The notes under the pieces were generated by a model. That model did not search any database, was not told the origin of the DNA, and saw only the letters and a program-made list of their open reading frames with translations. A stretch of 64,000 nt of DNA from Marsupella aquatica (taxonomy: Eukaryota; Plantae; Marchantiophyta). Of this stretch, positions 39,152 through 52,309 are shown in pieces. The position numbers and the translations under genes are program-made. The stretch covers positions 5,629,079-5,693,078 of the forward strand of contig OZ316898.1 of the NCBI GenBank assembly GCA_973895155.1, given 5' to 3'. Each line of letters starts with the position of its first letter. Positions within the stretch are counted from its first letter, which is position 1.

Positions 39152-41300
39152 TTGTTTCCTATCCCCCAAGTAAAACCAGGTTCATCCAAGTCACCAAAAC
39201 TAGTCCACAATGTTTCTAAGAATGTTTTAATAAACAGTGCATTCTTTTGTTCTCCTTGGACCTGGTGGTCATTGGGGTTCAAGGCTTCTAGATAACCCCC
39301 CCCCCCCTTTTTCACCATCCTTTACTTAGGGTTGGGATTGTCCAGTGTGCTCTTGTTTATGTAAGAGGTTGTTTTGATGACTAGAGAAAAGTGACTTGTG
39401 GTTTCTAGGCTTGCAGTTGGTTCACTCTAGCCTCCAAAAGGGAGTTGTGACTTTCCAAGTTTTCAGAATAACAGGTCTTTCTCTTCCCCCCTTCCCCTCC
39501 GCAGGGTTTTGATGGCTTTATTAATACATATAGAAAATTACCCCCGGGGAAGGCTTCTAGAACACTTCCTCTTGGGGACCATGCAGTTACCCAAAGCTCT
39601 GCCAGGATTCTTAGTTTGTCTTCAGTAGGGTTTTAGTTATTTTGCTGTTGATGGGGACTCTTGCGAAGGGGTTGTTGGCCCTTTGGTCTTTCGGGGATTT
39701 TCCCTGGTTTTCTCATTCATTGGATTTGCAGCCTTTGGCATCTTGCCTCTTGATTACGTGCTTGTTGTTATTTGGCATCTGATAGACATAGATATATCAT
39801 ATCATGTATATATAATGCAAAGGGATGCTAGTCTATATTCTGCTATCAGAATGTTTGAAAAAGCTTCCTGGCTGCAGTCAGTCAACTGCTTCTCGATCAT
39901 AGTCCTTATGTAGGGTTACAAACTAGTAGTTCCCCACCCAATTATACTACATAGATTTTCAAGGTCAGAAAAAGAGGTGTGACTTTTCACACAGGAATTT
40001 TATAGTGTCATAGGCCTGACATAATCAAATTTGCAATCTGTCTTGTTTAAGAAAGTTAGTTAGTGGACCCTTATTTTTTGTGATTCTCTTGAATTTGATC
40101 TTGATTGGCTTGTTGATCTTGCATGCTGCCGGTTTATCTTTCTTCTGCAAATTAAGAGTGCCAGACAGTGCAAAACCTCATGCGGTCGATGGTTGTCTCA
40201 ATCATCTGCTACCAACAGTTTTTCTTATCGTCCTTGTCTGTTTCTTCTCTTGGTGAATTTTAATCTCATGATCCCCAATTTTCATCTCGTCATCTTCATC
40301 ATTGGCGGCCCTTAGTTGCTTAGTAATGCCCCCATCATCATTGTGCTTCTAGTAAGTGTTTCTCTCACTATCCTGTATTCAATTGAATTAGAATTCAGAA
40401 TGAGGGTGGGTCTACTATGCACAATAGGTTACTCGGGATAAACAAAACGGTTATTTGAAATAATTTTACATCATGTCTTATGGCATGGCATCCTCAATTT
40501 TACCAGAAACTTGCAACAAACATGAAAGATGGAGTAATTTTATTTTGGAAACCAATCCATTCCTGTTTGCAGCGCGCCATGATGATGTGGCGCGCTGTGG
40601 AGTTTCAAATTTTGGAAGGGACCTCTAATGGGGTCCGTAAATAAATATCATGATCTTTCAGGGCCAATTAAAACAAAGCTAGACATTTTATTGCAATGTA
40701 AAGAAAAGTCCCCTTGCATGGACCTCATAATATTTCAAGGCCAAGAAACTAGATTTCAAGGAGTGTTCCAGCTGCTGGTTGGGTGACACATTGGATGTAG
40801 CAAAGGTGCAATAATAGCTTTAGGTCCATTTCACCAAAATATGATCATTGAAAATGAGAGTGATAGAGGAGGCAAGAGAGGAGGATTGCATATTGTAGTG
40901 TTTAGATGGGCACAGGACGAGTATAGAGGTCCGTTATGTACCGAACTTGGGACCAAACCACATCTGCAATTTACTTTATCTAAAAATTACAATTTCATAA
41001 TCTTTCAAGGCCACTAAAAGGAAGGATAATTATGCTGAATGGACCCTTGTCATAAAAAGTTTACTTGATCAACCTCCACCAAATGTTTTCTACCAAGTGG
41101 ACCCCCTCTTAATGAGTCATACACGGAGTTATTATGAAAGCCAAAATTACAGTGCTTTATTGTGTCTGTTGTGCTTGACCATGTTGTGTATCCACGACCA
41201 TTACCAAAATGAAAGTTCTCCAACTCAATTTTTGCTCATCCATACCACTCAGGCAGGGTAAATGGCCAACATTACTAGCTTTGGACAAGAGTGTGGAGAT

Positions 41301-44300
41301 TGTTTTGTAGCAAGGTGATAAAGAAATAAATGACTATTTACTCCTTAACAACTCGATTTCGTTCCCGTTAGGAGTGGATAAGATCGAAAAGACTGAATTA
41401 ACACAATTTGAGAAGTTTACACCAACATTCTTAGGTTGGAGAGATTTCTAATGATCTCCTTAACATAAGTGTTTAACCACAAACTCAAGTGGGTAATCCT
41501 TAGGATTCACAGTGCAATAATAAAGACTAGAATTAATAAAGATTGAAACTAGAGAGAGTAGGTAGGAGGTTTCAAAGCGCAAGGAAATTGAATTCCTGAC
41601 CATCACCACTCCTTCAATAAGGATTATGGCCTAATTTAAGATTCAGAAATCAACATTTTCTATGTTTTTTGATTTCTCGTAGCAACTCTTCTCCATCTCT
41701 TGAATTTAGAAGACAACAATGTAAATCAACCCGGGACACTTTTCTGGTCTTGCTTAAGACTGTACTAGGATACTCGAATTGGTTTACTTCTCCTACAATC
41801 CTTAAGATTGCTTGTTTGAGTTTTGTGCAAATATCAATTTCCTCTTTGGTGAATCTTCCAAATGTATTGATCACAAATCTCATTGATCTTTCAATATCAT
41901 TAAGGCACACTCTAGCATTCATTGAACACTTCACAACAACTCAAGGGTTGCTAAAACTTCTTCCTTTTACTCAACCATGGTAAAAAGAAGGGAAGAAAGA
42001 CATAGATTCCTTCAAAGGCAATGAGGAAATCAAATGTATATTTTCTCTCTCTCCTCTCGTTGACTTTGGGTTCTCCTCCTTTTGTACTAAAAGTGGAGAT
42101 TATGAAAAGACATGCCTTTTCAAAACCCAAGTCTAAAGAAGTATGTAAATAAAAGTGAACTATCCTAGTCAAAAATGGAGTAGAGTCTCCAATGGATACA
42201 TCAACAAAATACTGGAGTCTACTTACTCATATACTAATCTATATAGCTATTTCTAAGTCTAAACTAATGTGGCTCTAACTCTCTAAATATAACTCTATTC
42301 TGGTCCTAGCTTTTGGGAAGGAACCTCCTTAGGGTTAGCCATGGCAAGGGGTTCTGGTCGAAGGAAAACTCCCTGCTGACCAGTGGTAAAAGGGATGGAC
42401 GGGTCAATATCCATGTTCTCCTGATGGGCACTTGGGTCATGAGAATAAGTGTAAGAATGGGAGTGGAAGTGGGTACTGGGAGTAGGGAAACCAGGAGGGT
42501 TGAGGGGTGATGAGGGGCCAGTGGAATAGACTCCTTCATGAGGACTAGGAGAGAAAGATCTGGTAGTAAAGGGAGGAATCTCAGTATCAGCTAATAGCTC
42601 CTCTGTAGTCAAGTCACTCATCTCCCTTAAGGCTTCACAGGTCTTTGAGAGGCCTGTAAGTGCATCATCCACCTTGGTACTCACATCTACCACTAAATGG
42701 TTAATCTTGGAGAAAAGGATGGGTGTGGTGTTCTTGGCCAAATACTCATCATAAATCTGGGCCTTAAGAAGATCCAGAGAAGCTATCTTAGTCAAAGGTT
42801 CAACCAGATCCAAAGATTGAGTGATACTGAGTTGGAGAGTATGCTCAAGCTCATTCTTCTTCTTACTCCTTTCCAACTGTTGTTTGAGTTCAGATACCTT
42901 CTTCTTGAGAAACTCATTCTCCTTCTCCTACTTCCTCTTATCTGTGGCATCACTCATGGTGGAGATCTTCTCAAGAATCTGCCCTGGTTTCACTCCTAAC
43001 TTCTGAGAAATGTCAGTGATGGCCTTCTCCATCACAGTGGTCTTCCTTTTCACCTTCTGGAATGTGTCTGAGATGATCTGGAAATCAGCTAGGGTGTCTT
43101 GGGAGGCATGGTCGGGTGCATCCGGAAATTCAGCCGGGTCGACGAAGGCCGGGTCGAAAAAGTTGGGGTCGAGGTTCCGGGCAGCAGACCGGGTCTTTCG
43201 AGGATTTGTCTCTGCTGGTTCCTCATCCTCATTGTCATCAGAGGTGGCCTGGGTGATATCTGGATCTGTCTCTCCATACTTGATGAAGTTGTACTTGGCC
43301 AATAGTAATTTCTTCTCCTCTCTGAACAAAACTCCTTCAAAGTTATATAGATGTACCAGGTAGCAGGAGAGGGGAGTAGGACTCTTGTTGGACAGGTTCT
43401 GTACCAACTTCCTTATCAAATCAAAGATAAGCTTAGCCCAGTTGACTTTTCTTTCTCCCTTGTAAGCAGCAACAATGGTAGAGCCAACTCCAACAGTAAC
43501 TCTTCTTGGCTTCTCAGGGTACAGCAGGGGTAGCAGAAAGCTGAAGACTTGCTCAGATCAGGATCCAAACACTTAGAAACATTGAACTCGTCCTTACTGT
43601 TGATGGCTCCTTTGAAGTAAGGGAGGATCAGATTGACAGCTCTCCCCACTGGACCTTCTCCTTCATCTTCCAATACAAAAGCTCCTGCAATCATCATCTG
43701 AGTCCATCGCTCAGGTCGGCCTCTGGAGGTATCCTTAAACTCAGCCGGATACTCCTTAGATCGGATCTCTCTGATCATATCTTTGCTCTGATAACTCCAG
43801 GGTAGCTCCATCAGAGACTCACAGCCCATCTTGAGCAAAGACTCCCTCAGTTTGACCTTTTCAGCTTCACTGTCCGGAATAGCTGGCCTCAGAATTTTCA
43901 TGGCAATAGGGACCTCCTTTCTCTTCGATCGTCTCACAGGGGCTTTAACCGGAGTAGGTGCAGGTGATGTTGAGGTTGAATGCCCCTTAGAAATGCGAGA
44001 AGTGGACATTCCAGCTGGATCCGTCCTTTGCTCCATAGGACTTATCAAAGCAGAAAATGGATTCCCAATAAATGGCCTGCCTCCTCGTCGGCGAGCTCTA
44101 CAATGTCGCGACTTCAGAATGTTCAATCTCTTCGATGCCGACCACTGGTAGAAATGTCTGGGTTGACCTGGCCACAACGTTTTTGATCAATTGAAAATTG
44201 TTTCAGAAGAATCGCATCACGATTTTGTCAACTACAATGCAGGGTCATGTAACGTGGGGAAAATCTGGACTCAATCTGGCCTTCAATGGTAATGTCCGGG

Positions 44301-44949
44301 TCGACCTGGCCTCCCTTCTCACAACCGATGTATCCACGATCAGGTCCTCAAACTTCCGGCCTTCACCTCCAGTGGTGGAGTAGGCATTCCCCTCACAACG
44401 AATCAGTCAGTACCCTCATATCCAGGCTCTCATCATGCAATGCAAGATTGGTCCTATAATCCGGACCCAAGATCCTCTACCAAAAGGGTAGAGCCTCCTC
44501 ACTCTACTGCTTAAACAGCCTAATGCACTCGGGAGCTCAAAACCTACTAAGTTCGGCTTTGAGAGGTGTGAGAGGCTGGATCGACTCTCCTTCCTTATAT
44601 CCGGATTCTGCTGTGGTTGCGCCTGTGTTTGACTTATGGTTTTAAAAACTTTGGCAATGCACAACTGTTATTGAGTAGAGTCTCGGTATAAGCTTTATAT
44701 CTCATTCAAGGCTTATAGTAAAAAGTTCCGGGTCGATCCTCCTTCTCTAATATCAATCCGGGTAGACCTCAGCTGGGCTTGAAAGTTTCATAACACTTCA
44801 AAGTAGTCTTCAGGTCCCTCTTCAGCCTCATTTGAGATCTTGAACTTAAAAATTCTAAAATTTATGGTTATTTAACCCTTCTCTCATAAACATCCTTATC
44901 TCACATGTTTTCAAGTCACACTTAACATTTTTTTCAACCAGAGTCAACA
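41301..44949 (-). mobile_element. ~3.65-kb TG..CA-bounded LTR-like element containing an accessory ORF
   Basis: The minus strand starts TGTTGACTCTGG (44949) and ends ...ttatcaccttgctacaaaACA (41301). No gag/pol motifs recognised and no matching TSD, so the boundaries are tentative. Confidence 0.5.
42295..44033 (-). pseudogene. Broken retrotransposon-associated accessory ORF (~580 codons; one frameshift near 43550, one in-frame stop at 42928)
   Basis: Three ORF-track pieces join into one protein: ...LLKMGCESLMELPWSY...RGRPERWT...SKCLDPDL / FSFLLPLLYPEKPRRVTVGVGSTIVAAYKGERKVNWAKLIFDLIRKLV...PLSCYLVHLY... / a coiled-coil and Pro-rich tail. The pattern resembles multicopy TE-linked hypothetical proteins of liverworts (recall). 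Confidence 0.75.
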
Positions 44950-47383
44950 CCCGCTATTCATCCAGAATAACCCCTCTTTGGGTGTAGCCCATACTCCCCC
45001 ACATTCCTATTTGTCATTGGTTGACTGTCGTGCCCCCAAGACATGCTCATGGCCCAAATAACATAGCTTGTCCTAAGACATCGGGACCAAATTGGCCCCA
45101 ACTCAAGCAACCAACTCGCGGTTCTCACTCAACTGATAGCCAAGTGCACTTGGAATTCAACCTCCATATCTACTTGGCTTTGCCTCCCCAATGCAAGCTC
45201 CCTTGGGAAACTGAATGTGGTTTGGCTACTAATTCGACAGGATTTGGCAAGCAGGCAAGATATCCCTCGCAAACCCCAAGCATCCATGGCACCCCAAGAC
45301 CCAACTGAGCTGGGACTTAGATTAGCTTGGGGTTGTTTGGGTCATAGGAAGGGGCCGGGCTCAAGGTGGACCGTCCGGACCCTCAGAAGGACTTAGTCGT
45401 GGAACTCGACTACCTTAACACTTAGCTCCGGCGTTGCTGACTCTGACACCCTTATGGTCCAGGCCCGGATAGGCCATTCGGGGAGGACTTAGCATGGGGA
45501 GACTTATGGGCAACGGGATGTGGCACTAGCGAAGGCAAGGCGCCAAGCTGGTGACACACACTAAGGACTTAGGTTAGTTTAGTGTTGATCGAGTCAAGGG
45601 GAAAGGTGTCGGGCTCAAGGTCGACCATCTGGACCCGCGGACGGACTTTGAGTTCTAAGGGCTTGAGTGAGAGCTCCTCTTGGGCCCAAGGCCAATAGAG
45701 TTGACGCCATGGGCAACGGACGCTTGGGACGCGAGTTATAGCCCGATCTGGGTTTGGCCGATCGAGGGCCTTGAGCAGCGATGAGATCTGAGGGCCTAGG
45801 CATGAGCACTGGGTAGGCCCGATCATAACAGGGGGTCTGTCCGGGGGTGGCAGGTCTCCAGAAGCATATATGAGGGGAGTAGTGTCTCCCTGGGGGCTAA
45901 GAGCGAGCCGAAGTCGTGAGCCACAGCGGTCGTGACACTAAGGGAAAACACCAAACGGAAATGACGATAACTTCCCAACGGGAAGTCCGTTGGAGGACTT
46001 CTTGGGTGTGTTGGAAATCTCTGAAGGAGGGCTACATCCTCCTGAGCTCAGCTGGGTCTGGGGGCACCGTAGCCTCTCAAGGTTTGCGGGTGTTATCACA
46101 TCCGCTTGCGAAATCCTACCAAAACAGCAGCCAAGCCACGTTCAGTCTCTCAAGGGAGCTTGCGTTGGGGAGGCAAGGCCAAGTAGGCATGGAGGTTGAG
46201 TTCCAAGGGCACTTGGCCCCTAGACCATCAGTGGGGCGAGAACCAGGAGTTCGTTGCTAAAGTCAGGGCCGTTCTGGTCCCGACGTGTTGGGACAAGCTA
46301 TGCTAATTTGGGCCACGAGCATGTCCTGGGGGCAGGGCGGTCAGTTGGTGATGGATAGGTAGGAGGGGGAACCCGGGCTGTGCCCAAGGAAGGAGCTATT
46401 TTGGACGAAATGGGTGTGGGTTTTGGTTCCGGCTTATGGCATCGGGAGGACTTATCGCTGACCTACATACCAATGTCTGTTGAGCTTGAGTTAGGATGCT
46501 AGACTTGGGGAGATCTAGATCCTGGAGGGTTACTTACCAAGACACTTGGTTGTTTGTGCAGACAGTGAGGACCGTTGAGTAGTGGTTGTGTTGGAGAGCA
46601 AGTGTGGCTTCGTATGGGAGGGGCCTTTGGTGGTGCAAGGGGCACTAGGTTGCTTGCTCGAGGTATTCCATGGAGGCGTTCGGGCATCAGGGGCACTTAG
46701 GCGTGGGTGTTGGGATTGGTGAGGGCGCTGGGTGGCAAGGTCCACCACTGACTTTGAGTTCTAAGGGCTTGAGTGAGAGCTCCTCTTGGGCCTAAGGCTA
46801 ACAAAGTTTATTTCATGTGCAATGGACTCTTGGGGCATAAGATAGGCTCGGATGACCGAAACACCCAAGTGACGACGGGTTCTGAGGGCCTATGCATGAA
46901 CAGTGGGTCGCCCTGATCACAATGGCTAAGGTACTCTACCTACGTATGTCTAGCTGGAAAGTTATGGGCATAGCAAGTTAGTTGTGTGCCCATGCGTGCG
47001 GGTTGGGGTCCAGGTGGGGAGCCAAAATTTGGGACCAAAGTAGGTCTGAGGGTGGTAGGTATACATAAGCATATATGAGGGGAATGGTGTCTCCTTGGGG
47101 GCCAAGGGCGAGCCCAAGTCGTGAGCCGCGGTGGTCGCGACACTAAGAAGAGATGTCAAACGGAAATGACAATAACTTCTCAATGAAAAGTCCGTTGGGG
47201 GACTTCTTGGTTGCGTTGGAAAGCTCTAGAGGATGACTACCTAAGCACCTTGCCCTCGCTAGTGCAATGCCTTGTTGTCCACTAGTTTCCCCATACTTAG
47301 TCTTTACCAAATGACCGTTCCAGGGCTTGGGCCATAGAGCAGCTCGGCCTTGGAGTCAACGACTACAGAGCTAAGTTGTTAAG
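44950..47383. repeat. GC-rich complex repeat block with direct and inverted duplications
   Basis: Direct copies: 45643-45820 vs 46750-46920 (gactttgagttctaaggg..cttgagtgagagctcctcttgggcc) and 45862-46030 vs 47067-47233 (aagcatatatgagggga...gacttcttgg). Inverted copies: about 45414-45545 vs 47246-47383. Confidence 0.85.
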
Positions 47384-48007
47384 TTTTTCATTGTTCTTTG
47401 TTTTTCCCTTGATTTATAAAATTTGGTGGAAGTTCCCTTTTTTAAGGGTTGTTCTTGCTTTTAGTTTTCCTTGCTTGGTGTTTGTAGTCTTTGGATTTCC
47501 TTTCATTGTTCTTTGTTTATCCCCTGATTTATAAATTGTGGTGGAAGTTGACTTCTATACGGATCTGGTATCCAACTTTTTCATTGTTCTTTGTATTTCC
47601 CCTGATTCGTGCATTTTGGTGGAAGTTCCCTTTTTTTAGGGTTGTACTTGCTTTTAGTTGTCCTTGCTTGTACTCTTGGGATCTCTTTTTATTTCCTTTC
47701 ATTGTTCTTTGTTTTTACCCTGATTTATAAATTGTGGTGGAAGTAGACTTCTATACGAATCTGGTTTCCAAGTTTTCCATTGTTCTTGGTTTTTACCCTG
47801 ATTTATAAATTGTGGTGGAAGTAGACTTCTATACGAATCTGGTTTCCAATTTTTCCATTGTTCTTTGGTTTTCCCCTGATTTATAAATTGTGGTGGAAGT
47901 TGACTTCAAGAAGAATCTGGTTTCCAAGTTTTTCATTGTTCTTTGTTTTTCCCCTGATTTATACATTTTGGTGGAAGTTGACTTCTATACGGATCTGGCC
48001 TCCAAGT
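47384..48007. repeat. Tandem array of 7 units (78-bp and ~115-bp variants) upstream of the CofD-family gene
   Basis: Core tttcattgttctttgtttttcccctgatttataaattgtggtggaagtt, continued either by gacttctatacg(g/a)atctggtttccaa or by ccctttttagggttgt.cttgcttttagtt. Order of variants A-B-A-B-B-B-B. Confidence 0.95.
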
Positions 48008-48344
48008 TCGACACTTTTTGTTCTGGGACCTGAAATCCTCTCGTGTACAATCATTGATACTTTCGAGATTGTACGAGAGGTTAAATCAAAGCAATAGGAA
48101 TCCCGGCAACGAGGGAAAGACCGAACGAACAATCGTGTAGAGGCAATTAGAAAGGTCCCAGAGTTCAACCGCTGAAATCATGAAGAATATGATTGCTAAG
48201 CTACTGAATTGTTCTGCAAGAGCAAGCCAACGACGAACGATCGTTCGTCTCTGTAGCAAAAATGATGAAGCAATGGTTTGAGAATCCCGGTAATCAATTG
48301 AGGAGCGACCACTGATGTAAGGTCCTGGAACAGCGTTAGGTAAC

Positions 48345-51300
48345 ATGCTGGAACTGCTTGCTGCTGGGCCTCCTGGCGTAGTAGCTGGAGCTCGTGCACC
48401 TGCGAGCTCGTCTTGCACATCACAACGATCTCCTTCTTTCTCTCCTGCTGTTGTTTTCTCTTCTCGTACCTTGAATTCGACGTGGGCGATCAATCAGTCC
48501 TGGCGATGCTGCTGGCTCGGCAAGGCCTCTGTTTCTGCGATGCAGCATGATGAAGGTGTTGTTGCAACGCGAGTGAGTTCCTGTTCTACGAATGCCAACG
48601 GCAGTGCTGCTCCGCTGCCAGCTGTGGAGGGGATGGGAGGAGATTTGGGCGTTCGTTCTCAACCCGTCCCTCCTTCTCTGTTGGTCTTCTCAGGTGTGTG
48701 TTGAGTTTCGACGTGAATCCAGGTGCAAATTCTGATTGTGAAATTGATCTATGGGGGCTTCATTGTTGAGGGATTTTTTAAAGAATTTGCTCGATTACTT
48801 GTCTGGTAGCAGAAACGGACGGACTCAAGTCTCGTTTTTTCTCAACTGGTGTAATTAGATCAAATGCGTGGCCTTAAAAAAGGTTTTTTGGAAATGTGTG
48901 CATTCTATCGTGTAGGAGGAACTGCATTTAACGGAGTGGTCGAAGAGCTGAAGAAGTTCACCACTCGAGTGGCGCACGTTCTTCCAGTTTCGGACGATGG
49001 TGGGAGCACATCTGAAATTGTTCGGGTGCTAGGTTTGTCTCTACAATCCCTCCTTTTTTCGGATTATTTGATGTATTAATTTTTTTCCTCTAAAGGCAAT
49101 TTTATTATGCAGAAAACCCAATCACGACAGCCCACATATGTGCCCATTGCGCTTTTGCTGCGTGGGCAAGATTGAAAACCACATCTTAAATGTCTCGTCT
49201 TGGGTCTGTCCTACCATTGTCAACAGAGTAGTGTAGAGGATTTTTGTTTTGTTCATTCATGATGGACTTTGCGGATGGATTGATACACCCAGGAGGGCCT
49301 GCTGTGGGAGATATTCGATCCAGATGTTTGCGACTCTCCGATGAGAGCACTTCAGAAGCCCTCGCTGTGAAAAGCCTCCTCGGGCATCGGCTATCATTGA
49401 ACGAATCCGAAGCAAAGGCAGAGTGGTGTGTACATTCTGCTACTGGCCTATGATGAGTACAGCAGTAAGCTTTCATGTCGCACATCAATTCAGGATTCCT
49501 GTTTGCACGAGTTCTACATCCACCTTGCTATATTGATAGAATCCTTTACTGCAATTGTAGGTTTTACAGATTCTTTCGATGTCAATCCCTAAAGATGATT
49601 CTCGTCCTCCTCTCTGCATGCTTTAGGTATGAAATTGTTGAGGGCGAGCATGGACTTTGGCAAGGAGTATCTGGGCCCTACAGGGAAACAATTCGTGCCT
49701 TCCTTGTACATTTTCAAAATCAGGTTGGATGTCCTCCGTAATACTGGTGAACTGGTGATACCTTGTACTGATTACAGCACTGCAGGTATAGCCTTTTAAA
49801 CAACAGGAAGCCAGTCTCATTTGCCACATTCATTACTGTCGCCCTCGTCTTCTCCTTCTTCCTCTTATGGTCAGGATTTCTCCTCCTGTTTGCTGCGCAG
49901 ATTCTAAGACATTCCAATGCAAGGTTTCAATTTCGCAATGGAAGGTACATTTGGTCGGACTCCCAGCTCAGGTCTCGTGCAGTTTGGATGAAATACCCTA
50001 GTTTTTTTGGTATGGAGATCATTTGAAGGGAAAATTCGCGTCAAAAATATAAGGACTCGCCGCGTTCGCCAGGACTTACCTTCCTCATGATTTTCTACCT
50101 GTGTACAGTATTGGAAATTTTTTCTTTGCGGGAGCTCGTATTTTCTTGCAGTCATTGGAGGCGGCTATATTTCTTTACTCTCGCGTATGCCAATGCCCTA
50201 CTGATAGCCTTGTACTTCCGGTTATATGCACAAATGACCGTCTCACACTGGGTGCAGAGCTACGGGTACATTTCTCTGACCTATACATGACTGGAACAAT
50301 TCAATAGATTACCGTGCACCAGGATACATGCATACTGAAAATAGCCAGAGTACCCAACAAGTGAATTCGCTAGCAAGTTTGGAGGGTTCTGCAAACTCTG
50401 ACAACAGATGATGCCGTTCAGCATCCCCAAGCTGTTAACACTCCGTCTGCTGATCTTGTTTAACAACAGTAAAAATCTCTTTTCCAGGATGGGACAATCA
50501 TAAGGGGACAAAATGAGATTTCACATCCAATAGCGAGAGTCAACCACCAAAGTTCAGACCTTCAGGCAGTGAACAAGGTCAGTTCCGTTGAATTTACCGT
50601 TGAATTTACCGTGAATTTGCAATGCCGTGCGTCTGAATTTTTGGATAAGATTCTTTGCGATGCTGTGATGTAATGTCATTTCTTGGCGCTCTATTTCACA
50701 ACGTCACCAATCGGTGAAAAATGTAAATTACTTTTGCAGATGCAACATGCATCAACAGCACTTCCATCACCTGTCAAGCGTATCTTCTATATGTCATGCG
50801 AGCGCTCAGACCTTCTGCATGAGGTTTATTCTCTCTACCCATTAATTTGGTAAAGGGTTGTATGTGGCAATACTGATATTGCCACCGACACCAATATGAA
50901 TTTAGTGTGTGTATTCTTGACTTAAGCAGAATTTGTGAATATGTAACCATGGTCTCTGGACCTTGCATGTAGATTAGACCTCTTAGGGTTGTTTACGATC
51001 GAGGCATCTCGTTTACGTATCCACTATCTTTGGGCAAGTGTGGCTAATGTGTCTTTCGCCCCTTGTTGCACACTGGCCTCAGTGGCACCTTTCATCTTTT
51101 GTTACCTCTTTCTGTTTGTCATACTAACTCCAGGCATTTCGTTCAGGTATTTCCAATCGTAAACTCAGCTGTGCTAGAACAACTTCACCAGGTTGACACG
51201 ATTGTCTATGGCATGGGATCTTTATACACATCTATTTGCCCCTCACTGGTACATACTTGTCGTGACTCACTTCCCTCATGTTGTCCTTAGCAGTTCCGAC

Positions 51301-52309
51301 TAGTCTAAAATCTGCAAGCATCTGTTCACTGAGAAGCTCGTTTGCGGGTTGTGAAGTAGGTGCTCCGTGGGGTGGGAGAAAGTATCGCTAAGCGGAAATG
51401 TCCTAAGGTATGTACCGGAGTAGACGACAGACAAACCAGAGCCATTAATGAAGAGTAATACATTGACGTAACTGCCAATGAAAGCAGACCGAAAAATCAT
51501 TCGAATTATTTTTCTGCATAAGCAAGGCACGCCATGTACACTCACATTGATATGATGTATGAAGGACTATTCTTCTCAGCTGTATATGCTAAGCATTTCT
51601 TGAAGCGATTCTGTCACCACCATGTCTTCTTTGACGCAAAGTCCTGGATGGGATCTACATTCAAAAACAATTATCGCTTTTATTCACTTTGTGCAGGTCT
51701 TGATTGTCAACGGCTCACATGATAGGGAATCTTCAGGGATGTCTGTCTCAGACTTTGTGTTATCAGTATGCGATGCTCTCAATCGCACGTTTTGTAATGA
51801 TTCTAACAACAGTCTTAAAAACCTGGTAAGGCCCTTCCCAATACTTCTCTTCAGGCCAACAGACGCTGTCAGTAAGATGACGTATATTCTGAATTCGAAG
51901 CTAGCGCTTCAATAGTTATTTGCTCTCTTCGGGCAGTGGCAGATGGCCAAACATACTGAGTATCTTTTTCTGTCGGCCTGTCAACGTTTGCGTTCAGCCT
52001 TGTGATTACATTAATGTGGTGCTGGTGCCGAAAGGAGGTGACATACCTGTAGATCGCCAAAAGCTTGATGCATTACACATCAAGACTGTGGTACGTACTC
52101 AATAACTCACAGGATTGCAACTGGGACTAATATGACGAAGTAGTTATTTTACTGGCATGATCTCAAAGTAGATATTAGTAACATTTCTTATGCACTGATT
52201 TGGTTATCTGCAGATTGACGTGGATTCCGTTGTAGACGCCGATGGGGGGACAACATTCCACCCTAAATCTCTTATCGAAGCCCTCCATGACATTGTACAA
52301 TCGTGTTAA
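48345..52309 (+). CDS. CofD/UPF0052 (YvcK-like) family protein, homolog of Arabidopsis MEE18 and yeast YNL011C
   Basis: Thirteen exons: 48345-48693, 48916-49032, 49293-49425, 49627-49723, 49901-49944, 50109-50265, 50488-50577, 50740-50823, 51147-51248, 51360-51407, 51697-51825, 51998-52090, 52214-52309. Motifs LVFSGGTAFN, LPVSDDGGSTSEIVRVLGGPAVGDIRSR, SIGNFFFAGAR, DGTIIRGQNEISHP, YGMGSLYTSICPSL, NGSHDRE. Confidence 0.93.
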
